Positions 32,216 to 42,541 of a stretch of DNA of 64,000 bases are shown piece after piece (the first letter of the stretch is position 1; every line of letters starts with the position of its first letter). A program made the translations under genes and the position numbers. The stretch comes from Alphaproteobacteria bacterium (GTDB taxonomy: Bacteria; Pseudomonadota; Alphaproteobacteria; UBA828). The stretch is taken from the NCBI GenBank assembly GCA_963422645.2, contig CAXXVO010000007.1:672001-736000 (forward strand), given 5' to 3'. The notes under the pieces are model-generated. The model saw only the letters and a list, made by a program, of their open reading frames with translations, was not told where the DNA came from and made no database searches.

Positions 32216-33303
32216 GGTTTCGCTGCGCGCGCCGGCTGCTCGAAGCCGGGCGGGGCGCCGAGCGCCGGGTGCGCGAACGCCATCGCCTTGAAGAGTGCGC
32301 CCATTCCGTGCGCGCCCGTGAGGCGGCGCAGCGCGGCGTCGATTTCCACCGCCTGTTCGGCGCTTGTGCTCTGCCGCAGCCGGGACGCCCGCGCGTCGAT
32401 CCCCAGTGCTCCCAGAAAATCTCCCTGGCGCACGGGCCCGAAGACTTGGGCGCCGGCCTGCCGCGCTGCAGCTGACAATGAGGAGAAGTCCACGTGGGCG
32501 GTCAGGTCGGCGGTTCCCGGATCGTCCAGCACGCCGTGGCGGCGGTGTTGCTTCACTGCCTGCAAGGAGTCGCCGATCCCAGTCTGCTCGTACCCGTAGT
32601 CGATAATGAGGGCCGCACCGCCATCCGCCGCAACCCGCTCGGCGAGAGCGCCAGCCAGCGCTTCGCGCGCTGGAGCACGTTCGACGATGGCGCCGGGAGG
32701 CGCACATCCGAGGCCGATCTCGACGGGGACCGAATTGGTGGCGGCGAAGCGGAGCGTCCGGGACGAGGGCGCGAGCGCGACGACGCGTTCCTGCCAGGTG
32801 CCGTCGATCCGCTCGAATTGCTGGATTGGCAATGCGTCGAAGAACTCGTTCGCAACGATCAACGCAGGGCCGGGCGGCACTGTCTCGAAGTGTTCGTGCC
32901 AGGTCGGTCGGGCGTCGGTCAGCCGTGCGGCCTGCTCTGCGCGCAGGCTCTCGCTGGTCTCCACAAGGTGCAGGTCGATGGCGGCGCGGAAGGCCGGCAC
33001 TGTCGCCGCGGCGCGCAATGCGTCGGCGAGGAGGGTGCCGCGTCCGGGACCAAGCTCAACCAGGCGCAGGGGGTGCGGTTGGCCCATGCTCTGCCACACC
33101 GCTGCGCACCAAAGCCCGATCAACTCGCCGAACATCTGGCTCACCTCGGGCGCGGTGATGAAGTCGCCGCAAGCGCCGATGGGTCGGCCGCGGCGGTAAT
33201 AGCCGTGCTCGGGATGATGGAGGCAAAGCTCCATGTAGGCGGCAACGCTGATCGGCCCGTGGCGCCTTATTCGCTCCCGAATTTCTACCCCGAGAGCCGT
33301 CAT
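32212..33303 (-). CDS. NDUFAF7/MidA-family SAM-dependent methyltransferase
   Basis: GDFITAPEVSQMFGE, ELGPGRGTL, ANEFFDALP, DLTAHVDF. Confidence 0.93.
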   Translation of the reverse strand: MTALGVEIRERIRRHGPISVAAYMELCLHHPEHGYYRRGRPIGACGDFITAPEVSQMFGELIGLWCAAVWQSMGQPHPLRLVELGPGRGTLLADALRAAATVPAFRAAIDLHLVETSESLRAEQAARLTDARPTWHEHFETVPPGPALIVANEFFDALPIQQFERIDGTWQERVVALAPSSRTLRFAATNSVPVEIGLGCAPPGAIVERAPAREALAGALAERVAADGGAALIIDYGYEQTGIGDSLQAVKQHRRHGVLDDPGTADLTAHVDFSSLSAAARQAGAQVFGPVRQGDFLGALGIDARASRLRQSTSAEQAVEIDAALRRLTGAHGMGALFKAMAFAHPALGAPPGFEQPARAAKP

Positions 33304-34130
33304 TACCCGGCCTGCCCGCCCGCTCGCCCGTCAACCCGAGGCACCGGGGGGATGCGGAGGATGAGGAAGAGCCCGACCAGGATCATCGGGAGCGAGAGCA
33401 CCTGCCCCATGCTGATGCCGGGCAGGATGAAGCCGAGGAACGCATCCGGTTCGCGGAACAGCTCGGCGATGATCCGGGCGACGCCGTAACCCACCAAGAA
33501 GAGCCCGGTGACGGTGCCCGGCCGACGGACCACCCGCCGCATGTGCACGGCGACCGCGAGGATAGCGAACAGGACGAGGCCTTCCAGGACTGCCTCGTAT
33601 AATTGGCTCGGGTGGCGCGGCTCAGGCCCGCCGCCCGGGAACACCATCGCCCATGAAACGTCGCTCACCCGACCGTACAGCTCGCCGTTAATGAAATTCG
33701 CTATACGCCCCAGGCAGAGACCGATCGGCACCTGTGCGCAAACCGCATCAGCAACGGAGAGCAGGCTGATTTTCATGAAGCGGCTGTAGAGGACCACGAC
33801 GACGAGCACGCCCAGAGCGCCGCCGTGAAAGGACATCCCGCCCTGCCAGACCACGAAGATTTCACCGGGATTGGAGAAGTAGTACCCCGGTTGGTAGAAC
33901 AGCACGTAGCCCAACCTGCCGCCCACCACGACACCGAGTATGCCAAACACCAACAGGTCGTCGGCGTGGCGCTTCGTCAGACCATCGATGCGTTTCTCGG
34001 CGAGATAGCGGACGTACCGCCAGCCAAGCAGCAGGCCGACGACGTAGGACAGCGCATACCAGCGGATGGCGACGGGACCGATCTCGACGGCCACCGGGTC
34101 GATGGCGGGGAAGGCGAGGGCGAGGGTCAT
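33303..34130 (-). CDS. lgt: Prolipoprotein diacylglyceryl transferase
   Basis: IRWYAL, GGRLGYVLFY, GGMSFHGG, RIANFINGEL, RHPSQLYE. Confidence 0.97.
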   Translation of the reverse strand: MTLALAFPAIDPVAVEIGPVAIRWYALSYVVGLLLGWRYVRYLAEKRIDGLTKRHADDLLVFGILGVVVGGRLGYVLFYQPGYYFSNPGEIFVVWQGGMSFHGGALGVLVVVVLYSRFMKISLLSVADAVCAQVPIGLCLGRIANFINGELYGRVSDVSWAMVFPGGGPEPRHPSQLYEAVLEGLVLFAILAVAVHMRRVVRRPGTVTGLFLVGYGVARIIAELFREPDAFLGFILPGISMGQVLSLPMILVGLFLILRIPPVPRVDGRAGGQAG

Positions 34131-34309
34131 CGGTAGGGATCGTCCCTGTTCAAGATCGTCGTGAAGGGCGCGGCGCGGCGCGCGCGCAGCAAGCGCACCA
34201 TCTGCGCTTCCCTAGAGTTCCACGCGGCGCGGCCGGTTATAGGGTCGTGCCCTTGCCACCCGCAAGCACCGTCCGCACACCGAGGCTCGGGCCGAAGACG
34301 ACAATTCGG

Positions 34310-35188
34310 TCAAATCGTCCGCAGCAGCCCGCTCGTTACCAGTCGTAGTTTTTGCGTCGCCGTGAACCTGATGCGCCGGCCTGCGACCGGGAAACCGGCA
34401 CGCTCGATGCGGTCGAGATAGGCCTCGTAAACACTGCGCATGAGGATGGCAGGCCGCATGGAGCGGCGTTCCGAGCGCGGCAGAGCCTCGCTCGCTGCGC
34501 CGAAGTGCCGACGCGCCATCTCGCCCAGAGTGCGGCAAACTTTCTCCACCCCCGGCGTGCGCCCGATCGCCTCCGGCTTGATGTCCGCGAGACCCTGCTT
34601 CGCCAGCAGCTCTTGCGGCAGGTAAATGCGGCCGCGCTTCGCGTCCTCGGCCACGTCGCGGAGGATGTTGGTGAGTTGAAAGGCCTGGCCGAGATGGCCT
34701 GCGAAGGTGGGAATGCTACGCGCACGGTACCCGAATATTTCGACCGAGAGCAGGCCGACACAGCCGGCGACGCAGTGGCAGTAGCGTTCGAGCTCGGCGA
34801 GCGTCGGCCGCAGCATGGCGCCGCCGCCGTCCATCTCGAACCCTTCCAGGATCTCCATGAAGTGCTTCTCGGCGAGCCCGAAGCGCTCGACCGGGACGGC
34901 GAGCGCTTTCGTTACCGGGTGGCGCGGCATGCCTTGGTAGAGCGCCCGGATTTCGCCGCGCCAGGCGTCGATCAGCGCGCGCGACTCCGTCGGGTCCTCA
35001 ATCTCGTCGGCGACGTCGTCGGTCTCCCGACAGAAGGCATAGAGCGCCAGCATCGCCTCGCGCTTCTCGCGCGGCAGCAGCATCATCGGAAGGAAGAACG
35101 AGCTTCCCGACGCCCGGGTCACTTCGGCGACGTAGCGCTTCGGGTCGGGCGCCTCCGGGATCGGCAGACTGACCGCCGCACTCACCAT
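34310..35188 (-). CDS. hpnD: Presqualene diphosphate synthase (squalene/phytoene synthase family)
   Basis: SGSSFF, YAFCRETDDVAD, YCHCVAG, QLTNILRDVAED, GRIYLP. Confidence 0.85.
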   Translation of the reverse strand: MVSAAVSLPIPEAPDPKRYVAEVTRASGSSFFLPMMLLPREKREAMLALYAFCRETDDVADEIEDPTESRALIDAWRGEIRALYQGMPRHPVTKALAVPVERFGLAEKHFMEILEGFEMDGGGAMLRPTLAELERYCHCVAGCVGLLSVEIFGYRARSIPTFAGHLGQAFQLTNILRDVAEDAKRGRIYLPQELLAKQGLADIKPEAIGRTPGVEKVCRTLGEMARRHFGAASEALPRSERRSMRPAILMRSVYEAYLDRIERAGFPVAGRRIRFTATQKLRLVTSGLLRTI

Positions 35189-36066
35189 GCCTGGACGACG
35201 CTGCGCAGCACGAGGCCGACGCGGCTCACTTTGGGCACTCTGATACGGCCGGCGAGGGGGTCGCCCTTCGCGAGCCTGCGCTGGAGCGCCCAGGCCAGCC
35301 TGACGATCACCGCGCACTCCCAGCGGAAGCGCCGGCGGCGCACCGAGCGTGGCATCGCCTCGGCGCGCCGGAGCAATTCCGCTGTCCCATCGAGACACCG
35401 GTCGATGGCATTGCGTACCGCCGGCGACGCCCGCCGCTCGGCGAGCATCTCGACACCGCCGCCAGCCTCCTGCAGCCAGGGTTCCGGCACGTACACGCGG
35501 TTCAGCGTGAGGTAATCCTCGCCGCAATCCTGCAGATGATTGAGCACCTGCAGGGCATTGCAGAGCGCGTCCGAGCCCTCGATATCGGCGTGGCCGCTTT
35601 CGCCGTGGATGTCCATCATCACCCGGCCGACCGATGCCGCCGAGCGCCGGCAGTAGTCCATCAGCTCGTCCCAGTCGGCGTAGCGCAGCTTGGTCGCGTC
35701 CTGGATGAAGGCGGAGAGCAGGTCGCGCCCGTTCTGCGCCCGGCATCCGGTTTCGATCAGGCTCCGGTGATAGGGGACGGCCCAGTCGGGGAGCGCCGCC
35801 TCGTCCTTGCCGAGGGCATCACTCGCAGCCTGCAGCCGGGCCACCTTTTCGGCTGCCGGGATGGTCGGCGAATCGGCGATGTCGTCGGCCTTGCGGGCGA
35901 AGAGGTAGAACGCATGGACCTGGGGCCGGCAGTCAGGCGGGATCAGGAAGGAGCCGACCGGAAAGTTCTCGCTGTTCGCGCGGATCAGCGCACGGATGCT
36001 CTCCTCGCGCGCGGCCGGCGCCTGGCCGCCCGCCGGTTCCACCGCTGCGGATGCGGAAACCGTCAT
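35182..36066 (-). CDS. hpnC: Squalene synthase-family HpnC
   Basis: ENFPVGS, ADDIAD, YCRRSA, NHLQDCGED. Confidence 0.88.
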   Translation of the reverse strand: MTVSASAAVEPAGGQAPAAREESIRALIRANSENFPVGSFLIPPDCRPQVHAFYLFARKADDIADSPTIPAAEKVARLQAASDALGKDEAALPDWAVPYHRSLIETGCRAQNGRDLLSAFIQDATKLRYADWDELMDYCRRSAASVGRVMMDIHGESGHADIEGSDALCNALQVLNHLQDCGEDYLTLNRVYVPEPWLQEAGGGVEMLAERRASPAVRNAIDRCLDGTAELLRRAEAMPRSVRRRRFRWECAVIVRLAWALQRRLAKGDPLAGRIRVPKVSRVGLVLRSVVQAW

Positions 36067-36072
36067 CGGCCG

Positions 36073-37299
36073 CTAGGTGTCGTTGGCGAGCAGCCGCTCG
36101 GCGTGCTCCCTCGCAGCGCTGTCCATCGCGTACACATCGTCCAGCCCGTCGATGGCGCGATGGTTGGTCTGCTCGAGGCAGCGCTCGACCATCTGCGCGA
36201 TCTCCAGGAAGCCAATGCGGCGCTCCAGAAAACCGCCGACGGCGACCTCGTTGGCGGCGTTGAGCACGATCGGCGCACTGCCGCCTTGCGTCAGCGCCTC
36301 TTGCGCGAGCCGAAGCGCCGGGAAGCGCACCGGGTCCGGCGGCTCGAAGGTGAGGCGGCCGAGCGTCGCGAGGTCGAGCCGGGGCGAGGGCGCCGCCATG
36401 CGGGCCGGCCAGGCGAGGGCGTAGGCAATCGGCGTGCGCATGTCGGGCGTGCCCAGCTGCGCAAGCACGGAGCCGTCCTCGTAGGCCACCATGCTGTGGA
36501 TCACCGATTGCGGATGCACCAACACCTCGATCTGCTCCGCATCGACCGGGAACAAGTGAAAGGCCTCGATCATCTCGAGGCCCTTGTTCATCATCGTCGC
36601 CGAATCCACCGAAATCTTGGCGCCCATATCCCAGTTGGGGTGGGCCACCGCCTGTTCGGGCGTGGCCTGTGCCATGGTTTCCACCGACACCTCGCGGAAG
36701 GGCCCGCCCGAGGCGGTCAGCAGGATCTTCTCGACGCTGTCTACGCGCTCGAAGTCGAACACCTGGTAAATGGCGTTGTGTTCCGAATCGACCGGAAGCA
36801 GCGTCGCGCCGCCGCGCTCGACCTCCGCCAGCATGAGCGAGCCGGCGCAGACCAGGCACTCCTTGTTGGCGAGGCCGATGACGGCACCCTGCGCGGCGGC
36901 CGCGATTGTCGGCCTGAGCCCTGCCGCGCCGACGATCCCGGCCATGACGAAATCGGCGGGTGCCGCTGCGGCCTCGACCAGGGCCTCGCGTCCAGCCGCA
37001 GCAACGGTATCCGTGCCCGCGAGCGCCTCCTTGAGCGCGCCGTAAAGCGTGGCATCGCCGATGACGGCCTGCCTCGCACCCACAGCGCGGGCCTGTTCGG
37101 CGAGCTGCGCCACGCTTCGCTGGGCAGTCAATGCCTCGACCTCGAAGGCCGCCGGGTGGCGGGCAATCAGGTCGATGGTGTTGCAGCCGATCGAACCCGT
37201 AGAGCCCAGAATGGTGACGCGCCTGGGCGCCGCTCCCTCGCCGGCGGCGGGGATATACGGCTCGGGCGCGACGTCGACGGCCGCGTCCATCGGCGTCAT
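36073..37299 (-). CDS. dxr: 1-deoxy-D-xylulose-5-phosphate reductoisomerase
   Basis: LGSTGSIG, LANKE, PVDSEH, LTASGGPF, HPNWDMGAKISVDSA. Confidence 0.97.
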   Translation of the reverse strand: MTPMDAAVDVAPEPYIPAAGEGAAPRRVTILGSTGSIGCNTIDLIARHPAAFEVEALTAQRSVAQLAEQARAVGARQAVIGDATLYGALKEALAGTDTVAAAGREALVEAAAAPADFVMAGIVGAAGLRPTIAAAAQGAVIGLANKECLVCAGSLMLAEVERGGATLLPVDSEHNAIYQVFDFERVDSVEKILLTASGGPFREVSVETMAQATPEQAVAHPNWDMGAKISVDSATMMNKGLEMIEAFHLFPVDAEQIEVLVHPQSVIHSMVAYEDGSVLAQLGTPDMRTPIAYALAWPARMAAPSPRLDLATLGRLTFEPPDPVRFPALRLAQEALTQGGSAPIVLNAANEVAVGGFLERRIGFLEIAQMVERCLEQTNHRAIDGLDDVYAMDSAAREHAERLLANDT

Positions 37300-37425
37300 T
37301 CACGAAGTCCCTTCGTCAGCCGGAGTCTTGGCGTAGTATGGCGAATATCTTTCCAGCCCTCTCCCGCCACCGCAACAGCAAAGGCCGAGCGACCAAGCGA
37401 GGGACCCGCGCCGCCGGAGGACGAC

Positions 37426-37758
37426 ATGAGCCTGACGAGCAAGACCTGCGAACCCTGCCGGGGCGGCATTCCGCCGCTCGAAGAAGCCGAAGCACGGACG
37501 TTTATGGATCAGACGCCGGGATGGGAGCTGATCGACGACGCCACTAAGATCCGCCGCACCTTCTCGCTCGGCAATTTTGCCGAGTCCATGGCGCTGGTGA
37601 ACAAGGTCGGCGATCTGGCGGAGGACGAGGGCCACCACCCCGACATCTCCTTCGGCTGGGGCTACTGCACGGTCCTGTTCTATACGCACAAGATCAAGGG
37701 CCTGCACGAGAACGATTTCATCATGGCAGCCAAGGTCAACGAGCTGGCTGGTGGGTAG
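37426..37758 (+). CDS. phhB: Pterin-4-alpha-carbinolamine dehydratase
   Basis: CEPCRGG, AEDEGHHPDI, THKIKGLHENDFIMAAK; GGAGG RBS. Confidence 0.92.
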   Translation: MSLTSKTCEPCRGGIPPLEEAEARTFMDQTPGWELIDDATKIRRTFSLGNFAESMALVNKVGDLAEDEGHHPDISFGWGYCTVLFYTHKIKGLHENDFIMAAKVNELAGG

Positions 37759-37874
37759 CGCCCTGATCGAAGTGCTCGCATAATTTGACACCCCGGTTCC
37801 ACTCCGGTTTGCAAGATTCCTGACAACCGATGCGACTCGGTTGACCCCGGCGCGCGTCGGGCCGCCCGCGCAGC

Positions 37875-38378
37875 TCACGCTTCCAGCAACGCGTCGAGTT
37901 CGGATATCCGCAGGATCAGCATCAGGGGCTCGCGATCCGAGAACGGACGGAAACCGAATCGGCCGTAAAAGGTCTTTGCCTGCTCGTCGATGGCCTGCAC
38001 CACAATGGCGCGGGCGCCGATGACCTCTGCCGCGGCCCGGGCGCGGCGCGCGGCGTCGACCAGCAGGTCAGAGCCGAGCCGCCGGCCCTGGTAGACGCTG
38101 TCCACGGCAAGCTGACCCAACAGGATGACCGGGACCGGATCCGGCATGTTGCGGCTGGCTCGGGACGAGAGACGCCACTTCTCGATAGCGCTTGCGGCCA
38201 GGCTGTAGAAGCCGGCCACGCGGTCGCCGTCGCAGGCGACATAGGTGCGTGCGCCGCCTTTGGCCTCGTTGAGACGTGCCTTGCTCTGCAGCCAGGCGTC
38301 GAGAGCAGGCACTCCCGATGAGAAGTGCGAAGCGTCGTGCCGGGTGCCGAGAGGCTCCGGCGCTGCTACCGGTCCCAC
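37875..38378 (-). CDS. GNAT acetyltransferase toxin (TacT/AtaT-like)
   Basis: FSSGVPALDAWL, GFYSL, LAVD…QGRRLG, FYGRFGF. Confidence 0.9.
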   Translation of the reverse strand: MGPVAAPEPLGTRHDASHFSSGVPALDAWLQSKARLNEAKGGARTYVACDGDRVAGFYSLAASAIEKWRLSSRASRNMPDPVPVILLGQLAVDSVYQGRRLGSDLLVDAARRARAAAEVIGARAIVVQAIDEQAKTFYGRFGFRPFSDREPLMLILRISELDALLEA

Positions 38379-38623
38379 TGCGGCCGGCGTGCGTAACGTT
38401 CCTTCACGGCGGGATCGGGATCCACCGGCGCGTCCAGCGCGGCGACGAACGCGTCCCAGGCCTCTTCGTCTAACGTGATGATCGGACGCTCGTTCAGAGT
38501 CTCGATCGCCGCCGCCTCGCTCGACCGCAGCACGAACTCGGTCCGTGTGACACCCCGGATCGCTGCCGCGCGGTCGATGAAGGCGAGGCGCTCTTCGGAC
38601 ATCCGGAAGTTGACTTGGGCCAT
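38366..38623 (-). CDS. DUF1778 ribbon-helix-helix antitoxin
   Basis: VNFRM…IDRAA…TRTEFVL…AFVAALD; overlaps the toxin start. Confidence 0.9.
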   Translation of the reverse strand: MAQVNFRMSEERLAFIDRAAAIRGVTRTEFVLRSSEAAAIETLNERPIITLDEEAWDAFVAALDAPVDPDPAVKERYARRPQWDR

Positions 38624-38671
38624 TGTGGCCTCCCGTGTGCGGGTTGCGGACGCATGACCTTCAGAGAAGAG

Positions 38672-38700
38672 CGTATAGCAAATGTATAGACAATAGGCAA
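38672..38700 (-). promoter_or_regulatory. Putative sigma70 promoter of the toxin-antitoxin operon
   Basis: TTGCCT-N17-TATACG on the minus strand, ~50 bp upstream of the antitoxin ATG. Confidence 0.45.
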
Positions 38701-38728
38701 TCGGACACGCGTTCTGGATCGCGCGAAG

Positions 38729-41700
38729 TTAGTGTGGCGCCGACTGTCCGGCGAGCGCGCAGAGGTCTTGCAGGATGCGCTGAACGCCGTCGAGTCGCGC
38801 CTCCGTGTCGGGCCAGCGTCGCGTGGCGACGAGGCGATTGTCGGGCCGGAGACGCACCTCGTTCTCCGGCGCCGAGACATAGCGGACCAGCGCCGCGGGT
38901 TCGCCGAAGCCGCCGTCCCGGAAACTCAGCACCGCACCCTTGGGCCCGGCCTCAATGCGTTCGATGCTGGTCTGCCGGCAGAGCTGCTTGATCGTCATGA
39001 TCTCCAGCAGGTGGCGCACCGATGCGGGCGGCGGGCCGAAACGGTCGGTCAGCTCGTCGATGAAGGCGTCGATCCCGGCCTGGTCTTCGAGCGTAGCGAC
39101 GCGGCGATAGAGGGTGAGCCGCACGTCGAGATCGCGCACGTAGCTCTCGGGGATCAATACCGAGGTGCCGAGGCTGATGGTGGGCGACCAGCGCTCGGCC
39201 GGCGCCGCCTCACCGCCTGCAGCAGCGCGCGCGGTTGCCACGGCCTCCTCCAGCATGTGCTGATAGAGCTCGATCCCCACCTCCCGGATGTGACCCGACT
39301 GCTCGGCACCCAAGAGGTTGCCCGCGCCCCTGATGTCGAGATCGTAGCTCGCCAGACTGAAGCCGGCGCCGAGTCCGTCGAGCCGGTGGATGACCTGGAG
39401 CCGCTTGTGCGCGGTGTCGGTGAGCCGGTGCCCCGGCGGTAGCGTCAGGTAGGCGTAGCCCCGCAGCTTGGCCCGGCCGATACGCCCGCGAAGCTGGTAA
39501 AGCTGGGCGAGGCCGAACCGGTCCGCCCGGTGCACGATCATGGTGTTGACCCGCTGCAGGTCGAGCCCTGATTCGATGATCGCGGTGGAGACCAGCACGT
39601 CGTACTTGCCGTCGTAGAATTCGCCCATGATGGTATCCAGCGTGCGCGCCGCGAGCCGGCCGTGGGCGACGGCGATTTTCACCTCGGGCACCAGCCGGCG
39701 CACGCGCTCGGCGACCTCGTCGAGATCGGCGATGCGGGGGCACACATAGAAGGTCTGGCCGCCGCGCAGGTGCTCGCGCATCAGCGCCTCGCGCACGACC
39801 ACCGGGTCGAAGGGCAGGATGAAGGTGCGCACCGCGAGCCGGTCCACCGGCGGGGTCGCGATGACGCTCATGTCGCGCACGCCGCTCAGCGCCATCTGCA
39901 GGGTGCGCGGGATCGGTGTCGCAGTGAGGGTCAGCACGTGGGCTTCGGCCCTGAGCTGCTTCAGGCGCTCCTTGTGGGCGACACCGAAGTGCTGCTCCTC
40001 GTCAACGACGACGAGGCCGAGATCGTTGAACACGATCTGCTTGCCGAGGAGCGCATGGGTGCCGATGACGATGTCGATCGTGCCAGCGGCGATGCCGCGC
40101 TTGGTCTCCGCCTGCTCCTTGGCCGGAACGAGGCGCGAGAGCTGGGCAATTTGAACCGGCAGCCGGGCGAAGCGCTCGCCGAAGGTTTGCATGTGCTGCC
40201 TTGAGAGCAGCGTGGTCGGTGTCAGCACCGCGACCTGCTTGCCGGCGTTTACTGCGTGAAAGGCCGCGCGCAGCGCAACTTCAGTCTTGCCGAAGCCGAC
40301 ATCGCCGCAGATCAGGCGGTCCATCGCCCGGCCCGCGTCGAGATCGCCGAGCGCCTCATCGATGGCGCGCGCCTGGTCCTCGGTCTCGACGTAAGGGAAG
40401 CCCGCGCAGAAGGCGTCGTAGAGGGCGCCAGGCGCCGCGAGCTGTGCGGCGGGCCTGGTCGCGCGCTCGGCCGCGAGCCCGATGAGCTGGTTCGCCATGT
40501 CGCGGATGCGTTGCTTGAGCTTCGCCTTGCGCGCCTGCCAAGCGGCCCCGCCCAGTCGGTCCAGCGCAACCGGACGGTCGGCCGAGCCATAGCGCGAGAG
40601 CAGGTCGATGTTCTCCACCGGCAGGAAGAGGCGGTCGTCGCCCTCGTAGAGGATGCGCAGGCAGTCGTGGGGCGCGTGATCGACCTCGAGCGTGACCAGG
40701 CCGTCGTAGCGGCCGATGCCGTGGTCGACGTGCACGACCAGATCGCCGTCGGCGAGCGCCGCCACATCCACCAGAAACTCTTCGGCGGGCTTCCGGCGCC
40801 GACGTTCCTGCCGACTCGAGCGGACGCCCAGGATGTCCTGCTCGGCGATCACGGCGAGACCCGTCGAGACGAACCCCCGCTCCAGCGGCAGCACGGCCGC
40901 CGCCGCGATGCTCGGCGGCAGCGCGCAGGCCCCATGCCAATCCGCGACCGGCTCGATTCCGTGCACGCCATGCTCCTGCAGCAGGCGGACCATGCGATCC
41001 CGGCTGCCGGCGCCGCCGCTCGCAATCAGAATCCGCAGGCCGCTGTCCAGCAGACGGTCGATGTGCGCGCCGACCGTCTCGAACAGCGCCCCGTGCTGCT
41101 GCGTGCGCTCGGCGACGAAATCGCGCCCATCGCGGGCACCGGCGTCCGCCCCGCCCTCGGCCTCGACGAAGGGCGAGCACTGCACGACCGGGCGCTCGGC
41201 AAGCAGGCGTTGCCATTCGTCGGCATCGAGAATGAGCGACTCCGGCGGGACCGGGTGGTAGGGCGCGTCCGCGATCGAAGAGGAAGGTGGGTTGGCACGA
41301 GCGCCGTAGAAATCGGCAATGGTCTCGAAGCGGTCGTCGCGCACTTCCGCCGCCCGATGATCGAGGAGAACAGGGCCCTCCGGGACGTAGTCGAAAAGTG
41401 TTTCCAGCCCCTCGTGGAACATCGGCAACCAGTGCTCGATCCCGGGGTAGCGCCTGCCGGCGGAGACCGCTTCGTAGAGCGGGTCATCGCCCGTTACGGC
41501 GCCGAACGCGCGACGGTAAGCGCCACGGAATCGGGCGATCGACTGCGGCGTGAGCAAAACCTCGCTGACCGGCGCGAGGTGCAACGCGTCGGCAGGCTCC
41601 GTGCGCCGCTGCGACACGGGATCGAACCAGTGCATGGTTTCGATAACGTCGCCGAAGAAGTCGAGCCGCACCGGACGCTCGGCGTTGGGGGGGAAGATAT

Positions 41701-42226
41701 CGATGATACCGCCGCGCACGGCATAGTCGCCGGCCTCCATCACCGTGCCGGTGCGGACGAAACCGTTGCGCTCCAGGTAGCCCAGCAGGGTCTCGATATC
41801 GAGCGACGTACCGGTCGCGAGCGGGAGGGTCGCGTCAGCCAGCATCGTGCGGTGCGGCACCCGCTGCACCGCCGCATTGACCGTGGTGAGCACAACCTTG
41901 GGCCGCGCCGCGCCGTCGCTCAGCAGGCGGACAAGGCCGGCGAGCCGCCTGCTCGCGATATCGGCGCGGGGCGAGACTCGGTCGTAGGGCAGGCAATCCC
42001 AGGCCGGGATCGTGACCTGGGCGCAATCGGGATCGAAGAAGGCGAGCATCGCGGCAAGCCGCGCGAGCCTGGCGTCGTCGCGGGCGATGTAGAGGACGGG
42101 TGCGGCCTGCGCTTGCGCGAGGCCGAGCAGAACCGCAGCGGCGAAGCCCTCGGGAACCCCGCCCAGGCTCGTCGCCCCAGGCTGGGCCAGGGCACGCAGG
42201 CAGCGGTCGGGGACGAGCGCGGTCAA
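38729..42226 (-). CDS. mfd: Transcription-repair coupling factor
   Basis: PAWDCLPYD, VHVDHGIGRY, CGDVGFGKTE, DEEQHFGV, TATPIPRT, QLRGRIGR. Confidence 0.97.
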   Translation of the reverse strand: MTALVPDRCLRALAQPGATSLGGVPEGFAAAVLLGLAQAQAAPVLYIARDDARLARLAAMLAFFDPDCAQVTIPAWDCLPYDRVSPRADIASRRLAGLVRLLSDGAARPKVVLTTVNAAVQRVPHRTMLADATLPLATGTSLDIETLLGYLERNGFVRTGTVMEAGDYAVRGGIIDIFPPNAERPVRLDFFGDVIETMHWFDPVSQRRTEPADALHLAPVSEVLLTPQSIARFRGAYRRAFGAVTGDDPLYEAVSAGRRYPGIEHWLPMFHEGLETLFDYVPEGPVLLDHRAAEVRDDRFETIADFYGARANPPSSSIADAPYHPVPPESLILDADEWQRLLAERPVVQCSPFVEAEGGADAGARDGRDFVAERTQQHGALFETVGAHIDRLLDSGLRILIASGGAGSRDRMVRLLQEHGVHGIEPVADWHGACALPPSIAAAAVLPLERGFVSTGLAVIAEQDILGVRSSRQERRRRKPAEEFLVDVAALADGDLVVHVDHGIGRYDGLVTLEVDHAPHDCLRILYEGDDRLFLPVENIDLLSRYGSADRPVALDRLGGAAWQARKAKLKQRIRDMANQLIGLAAERATRPAAQLAAPGALYDAFCAGFPYVETEDQARAIDEALGDLDAGRAMDRLICGDVGFGKTEVALRAAFHAVNAGKQVAVLTPTTLLSRQHMQTFGERFARLPVQIAQLSRLVPAKEQAETKRGIAAGTIDIVIGTHALLGKQIVFNDLGLVVVDEEQHFGVAHKERLKQLRAEAHVLTLTATPIPRTLQMALSGVRDMSVIATPPVDRLAVRTFILPFDPVVVREALMREHLRGGQTFYVCPRIADLDEVAERVRRLVPEVKIAVAHGRLAARTLDTIMGEFYDGKYDVLVSTAIIESGLDLQRVNTMIVHRADRFGLAQLYQLRGRIGRAKLRGYAYLTLPPGHRLTDTAHKRLQVIHRLDGLGAGFSLASYDLDIRGAGNLLGAEQSGHIREVGIELYQHMLEEAVATARAAAGGEAAPAERWSPTISLGTSVLIPESYVRDLDVRLTLYRRVATLEDQAGIDAFIDELTDRFGPPPASVRHLLEIMTIKQLCRQTSIERIEAGPKGAVLSFRDGGFGEPAALVRYVSAPENEVRLRPDNRLVATRRWPDTEARLDGVQRILQDLCALAGQSAPH

Positions 42227-42510
42227 GGGCGGCGATCGCGGTGCCGGCTCATGGCCTCGCGCCTGAGCCGCGCCATGAAGGGCGTGTCGTGTTCGGCAGG
42301 AACCGGCGCCCGCCCGCTGATCCAGTTCGTGATGTCGACATCGCTCGCCCTCAACAGGCCTTCCGCCTGCGCCACTTCCTCTGGCGGGAGTTCGTGGCCG
42401 AGCCGGGCGATGACATCGCCAACCAGGAGGTCGGTCTCCTTGGTGCCGGTGCGCGCCGAACGATAGCGGAGCCGCCTGCGCCTGGTTTCGATGTCGAGGC
42501 CTTCGGTCAT
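42223..42510 (-). CDS. sdhE: Succinate dehydrogenase flavinylation factor SdhE/Sdh5 family
   Basis: RRRRLRYRS…GTKETDL (variant of RGxxE); directly upstream of mfd. Confidence 0.75.
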   Translation of the reverse strand: MTEGLDIETRRRRLRYRSARTGTKETDLLVGDVIARLGHELPPEEVAQAEGLLRASDVDITNWISGRAPVPAEHDTPFMARLRREAMSRHRDRRP

Positions 42511-42541
42511 GGCCGGCGTGGCCTCGGCGCTGCGGGCGTGT

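Noticed and set aside
37875-38623. GNAT/DUF1778 pair as a novel system
   Set aside because: Well-known type II toxin-antitoxin family (TacAT/AtaRT-like).
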